Counted from the stretch's first letter, positions 1-8,085 are shown. The stretch: 32,000 bases of DNA from an uncultured Propionivibrio sp. (GCA_964563685.1 CAZLXL010000003.1:237585-269584); one strand, 5' to 3'. Numbers and translations: made by a program. The notes: generated from the letters alone by a model not told the origin.

Positions 1-1
1 A

Positions 2-133
2 TGGCCTGGGTTGTGGATGCGCCAAGGGCGACGAACTCAGGAAGTACGGCAGAAAGCAAACGCCCCCCTCAGCGCCAGGCCGGGAAGGCACGAGGGGGCT
101 CGGAATCTAGGAACCCGGTCAGCGGAAGAATGA
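2..133 (+). CDS. possible 3' end of a gene cut by the window edge (44 codons)
   Basis: Frame 2 is open from the window edge to TGA at 131-133. A stem-loop plus T-run follows 8 nt later. No recognisable motif; Arg-rich. Confidence 0.2.
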   Translation, partial: WPGLWMRQGRRTQEVRQKANAPLSARPGRHEGARNLGTRSAEE

Positions 134-140
134 TTTTTCT

Positions 141-168
141 GCGTTGCCAATGGGTGGCAGCGCTTTTT
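141..168 (+). terminator. rho-independent terminator candidate
   Basis: gcgttgcca/tggcagcgc forms a 9-bp stem (one G-U pair) with a 5-nt loop, followed by TTTTT at 164-168. Confidence 0.5.
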
Positions 169-190
169 AACCTCTCTCAAGGAGATGAGC

Positions 191-361
191 ATGTGTGATG
201 AAACTACGTTCAATCCCATCAATCCGGCCACGGGCTTGCCCATGAATGACGCCAGCTATGGTGGCGTCGATGTGGGTGGAAATCCTTATGGCTTCGATAA
301 CGCTGCCTGGCAGCGCAACCCGTGGTTTTCTGCTGAGTTGGAATGGGGCGTTGATACCTGA
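191..361 (+). CDS. small hypothetical protein, 56 aa (MCDETTFNPINPATGLPMNDASYGGVDVGGNPYGFDNAAWQRNPWFSAELEWGVDT)
   Basis: ATG is preceded by AAGGAGA with about 6-nt spacing. The ORF is below the 60-aa cutoff of the supplied track. Gly/Asn/Pro/Trp-rich with no hydrophobic segment. Confidence 0.45.
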   Translation: MCDETTFNPINPATGLPMNDASYGGVDVGGNPYGFDNAAWQRNPWFSAELEWGVDT

Positions 362-755
362 CGCAGCAATTTCAGGTTGCTCTACTCAAGCGTCTGGCAG
401 TACGGATTAGGGCGAGGCAAATGGTTAAGGCGGTGGTCTCTCGTTGTCACCCCTGCCATTGGCCAAGTCCAAATTCCGGTTCTCGAGCCAAAATCCCGCA
501 GCGTATTAGTACGTTTTTTGCTGGATTATGTCTTTGTTATATTTTCAGCGGCAATCACATAACCATGCAAGCGATAGGTAGAATACCAAGGATTAAAAGG
601 CAAAACCGCTGAAAAGCGGTGACGCAAAGCTACTGGGCTAAAAGCGAACAGGGGGTCGCAATGCCAGCAGGGCTGCCGGTGCTAGACATCGTCATTCCTG
701 AGCTTCTTCCTGTTGCTTGGTATTAACGCACTCTATTAGGAAGCAAGCGAAAAAC

Positions 756-1991
756 ATGAAAAAAGTATCTCTGTCGTCAGGCCTTTCTGTTGTCCTGGCC
801 GGACTCACCTTGTCTTTGGCTGCAAGTGCAGCCGATATTCGGGACCAAATGGAAGTACAGACGGGAAAAGCCGAATTGGTAATTCCGGACATGACTCCAC
901 AAGCCGTAGCGACGCAAGTAAAAGAAGCCATTTCCCAATGGTCAATTCCCGCTAATGCGAATTTCCGAAGTCTTCCTTCAACGATTCCTGCTCGCCCGGA
1001 TGAGCCGAGTGCGGTTCAGAAATACTATGGAGGCGCTCCGGCTGTCTTGTACGAATGCAAAACGGCCTATGCTCAAATCACAAAGATGCCTCCGCCAGTT
1101 CAAAATGCTTTTGCTTTCATTGCAGAAGAGACCCAAGCTTGTGTTTATCCCTTCCAAAAAGGGGTAAAAGTTTATCTGTTACTTACGCGAGCCAAGAAAA
1201 CGGAGTCACTCACCGCAGGGCTCTTCAATGGCATCACCAAGGCCATTCAGGGCAGTGATGACGAGAGAATTACGAAGCAACTGAATGAGAACATTGCTTC
1301 AATTAAGGAAAAAATTCCCTCATTGCTTATTGAGAAAATCGAAGTGCCGGGAGTGGCCGTTCAAGAACCGGACAAGGAAGCGGTTGCAGCGCTGATTCCC
1401 AAAAAGGTTGAAGCACCTCTCCAGGTTACTGCGCAGGCGGTTGTTCCTGCTACCGCCCCCACGCCCCAACAGGCATCTACACAAGCGAAAATTGAAGCTC
1501 GCAAAAACCTTACCGCGATGGGCATGCAGTATCACTCGCAGGAACACTTTGTGGCGGCAATTCGCCGCAAGGATGATGTGGCAGTCCAGCTTTATCTGGA
1601 TGCCGGAGGCTTGGACCTCTCTGCCAAGGAAAATGGCAAAAGTTTCGAGATGATTGCGGAAGAAGTAGGGGCGAAAGAGATCGCCAAGATGATTTCCGAC
1701 AAGAAAACGCCTCCTCCAGCAAGCAATATCCCGAAACAGGATCCATCCAATGCTTCCGTGCTGCCGCCACCACTGACTACTGCGGAAAAGAAAGAAATTT
1801 TAGACAAAATTCAAGCGAGCCTCTCGCCAGAAAAACAACGTCAGGTGGAAGAAGTGATGTCGCAGTTGCCAGTTTCGCCTGAAATCAATTCTGACCAACG
1901 GGAGATATTTCGCGCCCAGATACTTTCCATACACACCGATTTGGAAAAATTCACGGATCGCATCGATCCTGAAACAGGAAACTTACGTTGA
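756..1991 (+). CDS. secreted hypothetical protein with ankyrin-like segment (411 aa)
   Basis: Starting at ATG 756 gives MKKVSLSSGLSVVLAGLTLSLAASA|AD, a Sec signal peptide with an AxA cleavage site. FVAAIRRKDDVAVQLYLDAGGLDLSAKENGKSFEMIAEEVGAKEIAKMI fits the ankyrin helix-turn-helix pattern. Pro-rich linkers are present. The track ORF begins at TTG 717. Confidence 0.7.
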   Translation: MKKVSLSSGLSVVLAGLTLSLAASAADIRDQMEVQTGKAELVIPDMTPQAVATQVKEAISQWSIPANANFRSLPSTIPARPDEPSAVQKYYGGAPAVLYECKTAYAQITKMPPPVQNAFAFIAEETQACVYPFQKGVKVYLLLTRAKKTESLTAGLFNGITKAIQGSDDERITKQLNENIASIKEKIPSLLIEKIEVPGVAVQEPDKEAVAALIPKKVEAPLQVTAQAVVPATAPTPQQASTQAKIEARKNLTAMGMQYHSQEHFVAAIRRKDDVAVQLYLDAGGLDLSAKENGKSFEMIAEEVGAKEIAKMISDKKTPPPASNIPKQDPSNASVLPPPLTTAEKKEILDKIQASLSPEKQRQVEEVMSQLPVSPEINSDQREIFRAQILSIHTDLEKFTDRIDPETGNLR

Positions 1992-2017
1992 TCAAATCTT
2001 ATTAGTAGGAAATTCAC

Positions 2018-2650
2018 ATGTTTCAACTAATTGCGGAAGTGATTTACGCGGGCGTCGCTCTTACGTTCGCCATAATGCCTGTCGAGACTTATTTTTTGCC
2101 CAAGGCAGGTCAAGTAGTTCCAGTAGTATTCAATGAGGTCAAGCCCATTTGGGTCGATCCTTGTAAATTCTCTGGGCTGATCGTTCCGTTTGAGCGTGAT
2201 TGGGAAGAGCGCACCACAAGCTTTGACGGCCAAGAAGAGATTGTTCCGGCCGAGCCGGGCAAAATTGGCGGCTATGCGATGATCTTCAACAAGAAGGAAT
2301 GCCCTGGTGAAGCCGCACAGCCGGTCTCTATGGCGATTACCAAGATGGGAGAGGATCGCCTTATCTTCGCCAAACGCCATTACATTGCAAACAGTCTGGA
2401 CTCTGCTACCGAAGAGATGAAGCCAAAATGGTTGCCACAAGTCACCAAAGTGCTGGAAGCCAAGGCGGAAAGCGATCCGGCGGTAGCCAGCTTTATTGCG
2501 TTCTCGAAACAAAATGCCAAGACTTCAGCAGCAGAGACGCCTGCCACAGAGTCTAAGGCTCAAGCGCTTGGACAGCCCGCTGAAGTGCCTAGCACTGAGG
2601 CCCTTGAAACACCAAAGGCCGAGGCTGACCCTGCACTTGGCAAAGTCTGA
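2018..2650 (+). CDS. hypothetical protein with N-terminal hydrophobic anchor and low-complexity acidic tail (210 aa)
   Basis: Starts 26 nt after the previous stop, with an AGGAAA Shine-Dalgarno. N-terminus is MFQLIAEVIYAGVALTFAIMPV. C-terminus is an A/E/P/T-rich tail. No recognised family. Confidence 0.6.
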   Translation: MFQLIAEVIYAGVALTFAIMPVETYFLPKAGQVVPVVFNEVKPIWVDPCKFSGLIVPFERDWEERTTSFDGQEEIVPAEPGKIGGYAMIFNKKECPGEAAQPVSMAITKMGEDRLIFAKRHYIANSLDSATEEMKPKWLPQVTKVLEAKAESDPAVASFIAFSKQNAKTSAAETPATESKAQALGQPAEVPSTEALETPKAEADPALGKV

Positions 2651-2733
2651 AAAATTTTAAGGTGTAATGGACGGCCGACGATAGGTCTTGAGCGGATGCT
2701 GCGAATGTACTGCATTGCCAATTTTCTAGGTAC

Positions 2734-2752
2734 GCCCCCATTGCTAGGGGGC
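2734..2752. terminator. stem-loop between convergent genes
   Basis: gccccc-attgcta-gggggc lies between the stop at 2650 (+) and the stop at 2761 (-). No clear T-run on either strand. Confidence 0.35.
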
Positions 2753-2760
2753 TTGCCTGC

Positions 2761-3753
2761 TTACGCTGCGGCACGAACCGCTGCCACTAAATCGGCGGCA
2801 GTTGGGTTGTAGTAGCGCATGGCCATCTGAATGGTTTTCCAGCCCATGACTTTCGCCAAGGTGGCAACCGGCATATGCGGCGCGAGACGCGATGCCGCCT
2901 CGTGCCGTAGGTCATGGAAGCGCAGCCCGGTAATGCCGGCGCGCTCACAGGCGCGCCGAAATGCTGCGCTCAACCCGCGTGAGTCGTAAAACTTGGTCAG
3001 GCGGCCTCCATTAATCGGCCTAGGAAGTGCGCGAATAGCGGCTTCTGCTGCTTCGGTAAGCGGCACGATGCGTCGGTCGCCGTTCTTGGTCATGTCCAAC
3101 CTAATGACGCCATGGAAAAGGTCGATTTGCTCCCAGAGCAGCCCGACAATCTCCCCTGCGCGCATGCCAGTTTCCAAAGCTAGGACGATGCAAAAACTGA
3201 GAGTCGCTGCCTTGCTCTCGTCGGCAGCCTGCAATAGCCGGACTTGCTCATCTTCGGACAACCGGCGCTCGCGGTGCTGTCCGGTCTGCGGCTTGCGGAT
3301 GCTGGCGATGGGGTTGTCAATCGGCAGGGACCAGTCCGTGCGGGCAGTGTTGAGCACATGGGAAATGATGACCAACTCACGTTTAACGGTGGCCGGACTG
3401 CATTTCTTCAGGCGTTCATCCCGGTAGTTGGCGAAGTCCAGGCTGCGTAGGCTGGCCAGGGAACGGGCTGCCAAGGGTGTCTTTTGAAGTGCTTTGATAC
3501 GGTACATTTCCGTTTCCCAGCCCCGCTTGTCTTGGGTGACCTCGCGGGCGTAGCGGTCCAGCGCCTCACCGAAAGTGGTGCGCTCGGCTTCCGACCGATC
3601 AACGAACATACCTCGGTGCATCTCTGACTCGATGGTCGCAGCCCAAGCTTCCGCTGCTTTATGGGTCTCGAAAGTCTTTTGCTGGAAGGGGTAGCCCTTG
3701 CGGCGAATCTGGGCTTGAAATTGGTAGGGGCCGCGTTTGATGATGGATGCCAT
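2761..3753 (-). CDS. tyrosine recombinase / phage-type integrase (island B)
   Basis: Catalytic signature: ETGMRAGEI (Arg I), RFHDLRHEAAS (H-x-x-R), GWKTIQMAMRYY (Trp/Tyr). N-terminal arm-type domain MASIIKRGPYQFQAQIRRKG. Lies 137 nt from the orphan tRNA half, in the orientation usual for an integrase next to its att site. Confidence 0.9.
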   Translation of the reverse strand: MASIIKRGPYQFQAQIRRKGYPFQQKTFETHKAAEAWAATIESEMHRGMFVDRSEAERTTFGEALDRYAREVTQDKRGWETEMYRIKALQKTPLAARSLASLRSLDFANYRDERLKKCSPATVKRELVIISHVLNTARTDWSLPIDNPIASIRKPQTGQHRERRLSEDEQVRLLQAADESKAATLSFCIVLALETGMRAGEIVGLLWEQIDLFHGVIRLDMTKNGDRRIVPLTEAAEAAIRALPRPINGGRLTKFYDSRGLSAAFRRACERAGITGLRFHDLRHEAASRLAPHMPVATLAKVMGWKTIQMAMRYYNPTAADLVAAVRAAA

Positions 3754-3816
3754 AACTTGTCTCCGGTTTCGGTTACCCGGAGGGAAGTCCCATCCGGTAC
3801 AAGGTATAGCTCCAAC

Positions 3817-3834
3817 TGCTGCAAAATTGCAGCA
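3817..3834. promoter_or_regulatory. palindrome upstream of the island B integrase (possible operator)
   Basis: tgctgcaa-aa-ttgcagca is an 8+8 perfect inverted repeat about 65 nt upstream of the integrase start. Confidence 0.3.
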
Positions 3835-3852
3835 AAAACCCGGCTTCGATGT

Positions 3853-3883
3853 AAAAAAGGCTTACACCGAAGTGTAAGCCTTT
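3853..3883 (-). terminator. rho-independent terminator just downstream of the orphan tRNA 3' half
   Basis: The minus strand reads aaaggcttacac-ttcg-gtgtaagccttt followed by a T-run: a 12-bp perfect stem. Confidence 0.6.
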
Positions 3884-3890
3884 GAATTTA

Positions 3891-3935
3891 TGGCGCGCCC
3901 GAGACGATTCGAACGTCCGACCCCTGCCTTCGGAG
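3891..3935 (-). repeat. orphan 3' half of tRNA-Arg(CCG); att direct repeat (distal junction of island A)
   Basis: tggcgcgcccgagacgattcgaacgtccgacccctgccttcggag is identical over 45/45 nt to 14198-14242. The sequences diverge immediately afterwards (tgctt versus ggcag). Confidence 0.9.
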
Positions 3936-3993
3936 TGCTTAGGACTAATCTACACAAGCAGTATTTTCAAGGCGTTCAAACAATATATCTGCA

Positions 3994-4015
3994 AAGTAGT
4001 ATAGAAGTAGTATAG
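3994..4015. repeat. tandem AAGTAGTATAG x2 (arm-type site candidate, distal arm)
   Basis: The 11-mer sits at 3994-4004 and 4005-4015. The same 11-mer recurs as an inverted pair at 14112-14139 near the other island end. Confidence 0.6.
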
Positions 4016-4098
4016 CGTTAGGGCACGAAACTCAGGCTATGAAACGCCAGATCGCCCCTGTTTACAACACCCACAAATCAATGCTTTTGTCATTATAA

Positions 4099-4117
4099 GT
4101 GTCGTTTTAACCGACAC
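4099..4117 (+). repeat. TGTCG-N7-CGACA element, copy a
   Basis: gTGTCGttttaacCGACAc. It abuts, by 1 nt, the stop codon of the CDS at 4117-4350. Confidence 0.8.
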
Positions 4118-4350
4118 TATATGCTTGCTTGCATCAACGGTTTCGCTGGACGACCACCGCAGTAATCACAAGACGGATCATCACAGCACGCCGCTTCCTG
4201 CCATTCATTACACGATGCGCAGAACAACGCGTCGTAGCGTTCCGAGTAAATCAGCTTCTTGCTGCATTTCGGGCAGCGCTCATCTGTCTCTAAGCGCGGT
4301 ATAGGCTCGCCACCGCTATCGATCAGTGTGTTTTTGCTTGCGTCTTTCAT
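4117..4350 (-). CDS. small Cys-rich zinc-ribbon-like protein (77 aa)
   Basis: CPKC-x17-CASC plus CCDDPSCDYC. ATG 4350 is preceded by a GGGGG Shine-Dalgarno. The track ORF extends to 4386. Confidence 0.5.
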   Translation of the reverse strand: MKDASKNTLIDSGGEPIPRLETDERCPKCSKKLIYSERYDALFCASCNEWQEAACCDDPSCDYCGGRPAKPLMQASI

Positions 4351-4467
4351 CAGCCCCCATGAGCGTCTTGAAACGGGACGCTTCAACGCCGTCGATTATA
4401 TTCGTCACACCAACTTCTGCTCGGTGTATTGCCAAGGCTATTGGCTGGCATTCGTACTAACTTGCAG

Positions 4468-4980
4468 CTATTCGCAATCGCAGCCTTCACGAAGGAAACG
4501 TGAAATACGGTTTTGCAGACTTTCATAGTCTTTAGTTTGACATTCCCAGATGACGAGCACTTTCCACCCCAGCCCCCTCAATTTAGAAATATTTTCCGCG
4601 TCTCTCGCACAATTTCGAGCTAATTTCGGCCCCCAGTAGTCCAAATTTGACTTCGGGGAACGGCCCGCTCTGCATAATGGATCTGAGTGTTGATGCCAGA
4701 AACATCCGTGAACAAAAATTACAGCGCTGAAACGAGGAAAGACTAGATCAGGAACTCCTGGCAAGTCTTTTCGATAAAGGCGGAAGCGAAATCCGAGCGC
4801 GTGAGCAGCGCGCCTAACGAGAAACTCGGGCGCAGTATCCCGAGACCGAATACGCGCCATGTTCTCGCTGCGAGTCATGGGGAGGTGAGTAGCGCGGCGC
4901 TCTATATCGGTCAATTCCACCATCCGTTCGCGCTTTACAATTTCGTGCAAACTATCGACGGACCCGTTTGCTTCAGTCAA
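4468..4980 (-). CDS. vsr: very-short-patch repair endonuclease (Vsr)
   Basis: TRSENMARIRSRDTAPE...PGVPDLVFPRFSAVIFVHGCFWHQH matches the E. coli Vsr core motifs. Position 4980 is a TTG 3 nt after the dcm stop. Alternative ATG starts at 4923 and 4878 would remove a 19-34 aa N-terminal extension. Confidence 0.85.
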   Translation of the reverse strand: MTEANGSVDSLHEIVKRERMVELTDIERRATHLPMTRSENMARIRSRDTAPEFLVRRAAHALGFRFRLYRKDLPGVPDLVFPRFSAVIFVHGCFWHQHSDPLCRAGRSPKSNLDYWGPKLARNCARDAENISKLRGLGWKVLVIWECQTKDYESLQNRISRFLREGCDCE

Positions 4981-4983
4981 TAG

Positions 4984-5970
4984 CTATGCTGTCACAGCTG
5001 ATAAGGGCGGTGCTTCGGTCTTGATTGCCTCTGTCGCAGGTTCGGATAGGAGACTTGCTCGTACTCGCTCTCCCAGCCACTCGGCTACCTGCGGGGTTAC
5101 AGAATTGCCCACTGCGTGATATCGAAGAGAGTCTACGTCGTCTTCAGATCCCTTGGCTGGGATTCGTGTCCAATCGAGAGGAAAACCTTGAATCTCTTCC
5201 ACTTCATTAGGCATAAAACGACGGACTCTTCCATCGGGATACCAAACGTAATTGCGGCTCCAGTCTGTTCCTGTATGCCTCGCTGATTCGGCGTATATAC
5301 AGTGAGCTCTTGCTTTTACGAACCCTGTGCTAGGATTTCCAACGACTGTCTGAAAGAGGGAATCAGATTTCTTCCCATTCTGTCCACGCGACGCAGAATG
5401 CCTCGAGCTGCATTCGGGCTCAAAAAGTATGTCTGCGGCACGTCTGGGGTCCTGATGTACCCCGACAATGTAGACTCGACGTCGTGACTGTGGGATTCCG
5501 AAGTGTTGACTGTTAAGCACACGCCACGCCACGCCATACCCGAGTTGGTCCAGCGTCTTGAGTACGATGGCGAAGTCTCGTCCTCCGTGGCTAGTAAGAA
5601 GCCCGTGGACGTTTTCGAGGATAAGGACTCTTGGAAGACACTCTCCAGCAAGTCGAGCAATCTCAAAAAAGAGTCCTGACTTGGCTCCTCGAAGTCCGTC
5701 ACGCCTGCCCATTCTTGCAAGCGAGAGGTCTTGGCAGGGGAATCCTGCGGTCCAAACATCGGCAGCTGGAATTTCAGAACCTTTGACACTACAGATATCC
5801 TTTGCTTTGGGTAATTTCGGCCAATGATGCGCGAGCACTCGATAGCAAAAATCTTTTACTTCGCATTGAAAAACACTCTTGATCCCAGCTCGTTCAAATC
5901 CGAGATCGAAACCACCAATACCGCTAAAGAACGAGGCATGATGTAGCTTTTTCCTTGAGGTCGCTGACAT
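4984..5970 (-). CDS. dcm: DNA (cytosine-5)-methyltransferase
   Basis: Motif I FFSGIGGFDLG, motif IV GFPCQDLS, motif VI ENV, motif VIII QSRRRVYIVG, motif X GNSV. ATG is at 5970; the track uses GTG 5976. Confidence 0.9.
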   Translation of the reverse strand: MSATSRKKLHHASFFSGIGGFDLGFERAGIKSVFQCEVKDFCYRVLAHHWPKLPKAKDICSVKGSEIPAADVWTAGFPCQDLSLARMGRRDGLRGAKSGLFFEIARLAGECLPRVLILENVHGLLTSHGGRDFAIVLKTLDQLGYGVAWRVLNSQHFGIPQSRRRVYIVGVHQDPRRAADILFEPECSSRHSASRGQNGKKSDSLFQTVVGNPSTGFVKARAHCIYAESARHTGTDWSRNYVWYPDGRVRRFMPNEVEEIQGFPLDWTRIPAKGSEDDVDSLRYHAVGNSVTPQVAEWLGERVRASLLSEPATEAIKTEAPPLSAVTA

Positions 5971-6895
5971 GACCACCTTTCACATTACTTGGCGCCCGAG
6001 CGGCGGACGCGGAGAATTCGAATACAGCCCCGTTGATTCAGCATTTGAAGACAAACCAATTGCAATTTGTGTTGGCATCAAAGGTGCGGATTGTATGATA
6101 TCCACCGATGGCTTTCTTGCAAGAAACGGCGGCAAAAGACGCCTTCGGCGGACAGCACCCAACGACCGCACGCACCTGTCCATCCCAAATCTGGTATCCG
6201 CGATGCTAGCGGTTCCCAAACCTACGCGCGACCGAGACAATATTACTGCCCCCAGCTTGACCGAAGGGAAATGGGCCATCGGAACAATCGAACTGTCGAT
6301 TGAATCGCAGCCAACAGACACAATTTTACGCGTTCGTCCCTTGTCGCTGAAACCACGGCACTTTTTCTCTCCAATCGACGTGCAAAACAGATTGGAAACT
6401 TTGGAATCCGAAGCTAAACAGGGAGACACGCTGGGTAGCGAAGTTGATGCGCACCTGACTTTACTAGCTTCTGGTACCAATACGGTTGCACTTGAGAAGT
6501 CTGCGCTAACAGTCTTCAGCGCATTCGAGGCAAAGAACGGCGACCTTCCACTAATGGCAAGCCCCGAAGAGGTCGAACAAGCTCGTCTGTTCGGTGAGGC
6601 TGAAGCGGATTCTCTGCCAGCGCTTAGCATGACGGAGGGAAAGAAGAAACTGGTCGCGCACTTGCTGCGAGAGCGGAAAAAAGCATTGGTAAAACAGAAA
6701 AAAGACAATTTTTCTGCGAAACACGGTCGCCTGTTCTGCGAATGCTGCAAGATGAGTCCCTTGGACATGTATGGCTCCGACTTGAGCGGGCTAATCGAAG
6801 CACACCACCGCATACCGCTCAATGAATGTTCCGATGATGAGGTACGTGTCACATCTCTCGATGATCTCGTACTCCTTTGCAGGAACTGCCACTGA
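5969..6895 (+). CDS. HNH-motif nuclease, probable restriction endonuclease partner of the methyltransferase
   Basis: C-terminal CECC...EAHHRIPLNE...LLCRNCH is an HNH / beta-beta-alpha-Me signature. The N-terminal ~250 aa is not recognised. GAGG Shine-Dalgarno lies 8 nt upstream. Head-to-head with dcm. Confidence 0.7.
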   Translation: MTTFHITWRPSGGRGEFEYSPVDSAFEDKPIAICVGIKGADCMISTDGFLARNGGKRRLRRTAPNDRTHLSIPNLVSAMLAVPKPTRDRDNITAPSLTEGKWAIGTIELSIESQPTDTILRVRPLSLKPRHFFSPIDVQNRLETLESEAKQGDTLGSEVDAHLTLLASGTNTVALEKSALTVFSAFEAKNGDLPLMASPEEVEQARLFGEAEADSLPALSMTEGKKKLVAHLLRERKKALVKQKKDNFSAKHGRLFCECCKMSPLDMYGSDLSGLIEAHHRIPLNECSDDEVRVTSLDDLVLLCRNCH

Positions 6896-7013
6896 GCCAT
6901 CCATAGAATAGATCCTCTGCCATCGTTGGAAGAGCTCAAAGCACATCTGCGGATGGTTTTACGACCCGTATAAGAAAACAATGTTCAACAGGCCTCAGGT
7001 TTGACCACTGGGG

Positions 7014-7454
7014 TTATTTCGCAAATCCAGCTTTTACCGCCCCCGCGACCGCCTCAATCTGCGCATCCAGTTCGCCGCTCTCAACGGCTTGCTTCAAAAC
7101 TTCCAGCGTCGCGACCAGTTCCTTCTCGCTTGCCAGTTCCACCGCTGTTTTTCCCTTGGCGATCTCAACGACCTTCGCCCCGTAGCGCAGCGACAGGCAC
7201 AGCTTGCCGCTGCCGCTCGTAAACCACCATTCCTTGACACGCTTGGGCACAGACACGGTTTTGTTCAACCCCGTCTCGGCGTCCTTGACCGTCCGCAGCC
7301 GCGTCGGCGAAAACGCCTTCCCTTCCAGCGTCGATTTCGCCAGTTCAATTTGTTCGTAGATGCGCTTGGCGACATTGTTGCGCCGCTGAACAACAGGCGA
7401 CAGATGAACGGGGCGCTTGGCGCTAACCAGCTTCAGATTGGCAAGTGCGGTCAT
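7014..7454 (-). CDS. hypothetical protein (146 aa), conserved-looking island protein of unknown function
   Basis: AAGGAG Shine-Dalgarno 8 nt upstream of ATG 7454. Protein-like composition (MTALANLKLVSAKRPVHLSPVVQRRNN...). I believe relatives exist in other proteobacterial islands but cannot verify this. Confidence 0.65.
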   Translation of the reverse strand: MTALANLKLVSAKRPVHLSPVVQRRNNVAKRIYEQIELAKSTLEGKAFSPTRLRTVKDAETGLNKTVSVPKRVKEWWFTSGSGKLCLSLRYGAKVVEIAKGKTAVELASEKELVATLEVLKQAVESGELDAQIEAVAGAVKAGFAK

Positions 7455-7468
7455 TTCGTCTTCTCCTT

Positions 7469-7493
7469 ACAGTTATGTATGTGCCATAACTGT
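7469..7493. promoter_or_regulatory. 9-bp inverted repeat in the divergent promoter region (operator candidate)
   Basis: acagttatg-N7-cataactgt lies between the divergent starts at 7454 (-) and 7573 (+). Confidence 0.4.
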
Positions 7494-7572
7494 ATGGTCT
7501 GAACCCAGCCAGAGCAACCGAAGATTTCGGTCTGTTTTTCTTTGGTTCTGTCATCGGCGCATAAATACGTTT

Positions 7573-8085
7573 ATGACCCACGACGACTTTAAATTGAGAC
7601 AGGCGCACATTGACTGGATGGAGCAATACGCAGGCGCACTCACGCACGCCGCGACACTGACGCTCAAGCCCTACCGCGCTGTCCTGACCGCACGCGGCGA
7701 AATCCGCGAGCCGATCACGCCGCTGGCTGCATCACAGGATTTCGGTTTCTTCATTCAACGCCTCAATGCCTCGTTGTTCGGTCATGCTGCCAAGCGCTAC
7801 GGCAAATCGATTGCGATCCTGCCCACGCTTGAAGGCTTGCAACGCGGCAAACTGCTCCACTACCACTGCGCACTCGGGCAATTCCCGACGCAGCTCTGTG
7901 AAAAAGCCATTGACGCAAAAATCCGCGAAGCGTGGCAGAAGACTCGATTTGGCAACGAGCAGGTTGATGTTCGGCGCATGGCGACGGCAGGCTGGCTGTC
8001 GTACATGGGCAAGGAAATACGCAGTAACAACGCAGACGCACTGGATATTGCCAATGTGCGCCTGCCCTCAGCATCGCTGGTCTAA
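7573..8085 (+). CDS. small HUH-motif Rep/relaxase-like protein (170 aa)
   Basis: Three motifs occur in canonical order: ATLTLKP (motif 1, FLTLT-like), LLHYHCAL (HUH), WLSYMGKE (YxxK). The assignment rests on motif pattern only. Confidence 0.4.
   Translation: MTHDDFKLRQAHIDWMEQYAGALTHAATLTLKPYRAVLTARGEIREPITPLAASQDFGFFIQRLNASLFGHAAKRYGKSIAILPTLEGLQRGKLLHYHCALGQFPTQLCEKAIDAKIREAWQKTRFGNEQVDVRRMATAGWLSYMGKEIRSNNADALDIANVRLPSASLV

Larger units (their letters stand above)
1..3890. mobile_element. distal genomic island B (partial; left end outside the window)
   Basis: Its own integrase and terminator directly abut the duplicated tRNA half at 3891-3935. Cargo is visibly AT-richer than the core. 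No further copy of the 45-mer lies in 1-3890. Confidence 0.5.

Noticed and set aside
1-198. A 65-aa plus-strand ORF at the window start, together with the 68-aa minus-strand ORF at 37-243.
   Set aside because: Both read through the terminator hairpin at 141-168 and have no Shine-Dalgarno. Frame 2, which ends at 133 just before the terminator, is a more sensible though still weak reading.
5980-6981. A 333-aa ORF antisense to the entire HNH nuclease gene, in DNA of only moderate G+C.
   Set aside because: In this antisense phase a stop requires a sense Tyr (TAY) codon, or a His/Gln codon after an NNT codon. The nuclease has very few Tyr residues, so the open frame is explicable by chance. The translation is Ser/Arg-rich with no motif, whereas the plus frame carries the HNH signature and a good Shine-Dalgarno.
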